A DNA stretch of 24,000 nucleotides from Klebsiella phage VLCpiP4a. Position 1 is the stretch's first letter. Every line of letters starts with the position of its first letter. The notes beneath the pieces were generated by a model. It was not told the origin of the DNA and ran no database searches. It was given only the letters and a program-made list of their open reading frames with translations. The stretch lies in the sequence record ON602749.1; one strand, written 5' to 3'. Below are positions 23,800 through 24,000 of this stretch, one piece after another. The position numbers were made by a program, and so were the translations under genes.

Positions 23800-23803
23800 T
23801 TCA

Positions 23804-23899
23804 TCAGTCCTCTGTAATAAAGAAGGCTAATGCCAGCATTCCGCTAAGCACTAGCCATGTTACTACCCAGACATACATCTGGATTTCCAATGGTCCCAT
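23804..23899 (-). CDS. Very small membrane protein (31 aa)
   Basis: MGPLEIQMYVWVVTWLVLSGMLALAFFITED*; single TM; preceded by GGGAGAC; stop and start linked to neighbours. Confidence 0.5.
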   Translation of the reverse strand: MGPLEIQMYVWVVTWLVLSGMLALAFFITED

Positions 23900-24000
23900 T
23901 AGAAGTCTCCCTGGTCACCACGTGAGTTAATATCCTTACGAGGTGCTTTGTTTAGTACTGAGTAAGTCAGAAAAGCAAAGAACAGTAGTCCACCAATTGG
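23899..24000 (-). CDS. Partial CDS running off right edge; membrane-associated C terminus
   Basis: Open to base 24000: ...PIGGLLFFAFLTYSVLNKAPRKDINSRGDQGDF*; TAATG overlap with next ORF. Confidence 0.5.
   Translation of the reverse strand, partial: PIGGLLFFAFLTYSVLNKAPRKDINSRGDQGDF

Noticed and set aside
1-24000. CRISPR arrays, tRNA or rRNA genes, IS elements or integrase
   Set aside because: None seen: no regularly spaced direct repeats, no clear cloverleaf sequences, no transposase/integrase motifs.

Overview
This 24 kb window is almost entirely leftward (minus-strand) coding and reads as the early/middle region of an N4-like phage (Schitoviridae-type). Reading in the direction of transcription (high to low coordinate): small early ORFs; a 91-aa ORF; a hairpin matching the N4 virion-RNAP early promoter (~21485-21504); an 82-aa ORF; a single-subunit-type RNA polymerase split into two genes (RNAP1, 20392-21207; RNAP2, 18842-20056) with a 98-aa ORF between them; an intrinsic terminator; a region of small membrane/secreted/HNH genes punctuated by terminators; a MoxR-type AAA+ ATPase and VWA/metallopeptidase-like pair; dCTP deaminase; ThyX-like thymidylate synthase; rIIA-like and rIIB-like proteins; a HTH protein; a MazG/PRA-PH-like protein; a Dda/RecD-like helicase; and a family A DNA polymerase. 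The strongest observations are: (1) a 7-bp stem/3-nt loop vRNAP-type promoter giving a predicted 10-nt leader that starts with the Shine-Dalgarno of an 82-aa ORF, upstream of the RNAPII-type genes; (2) the split RNAP with an intervening ORF; (3) an L7/L12 C-terminal-like segment and a duplicated C-terminal segment in the rIIB-like protein; (4) a terminator-gene-terminator-gene-terminator array; (5) an inverted plus direct repeat just upstream of the HTH gene; (6) a coupled HNH / small membrane / secreted protein cassette. Nothing here clearly shows an entirely new system. Most of the backbone is recognisable, and the novelty is in the small accessory ORFs and regulatory architecture.
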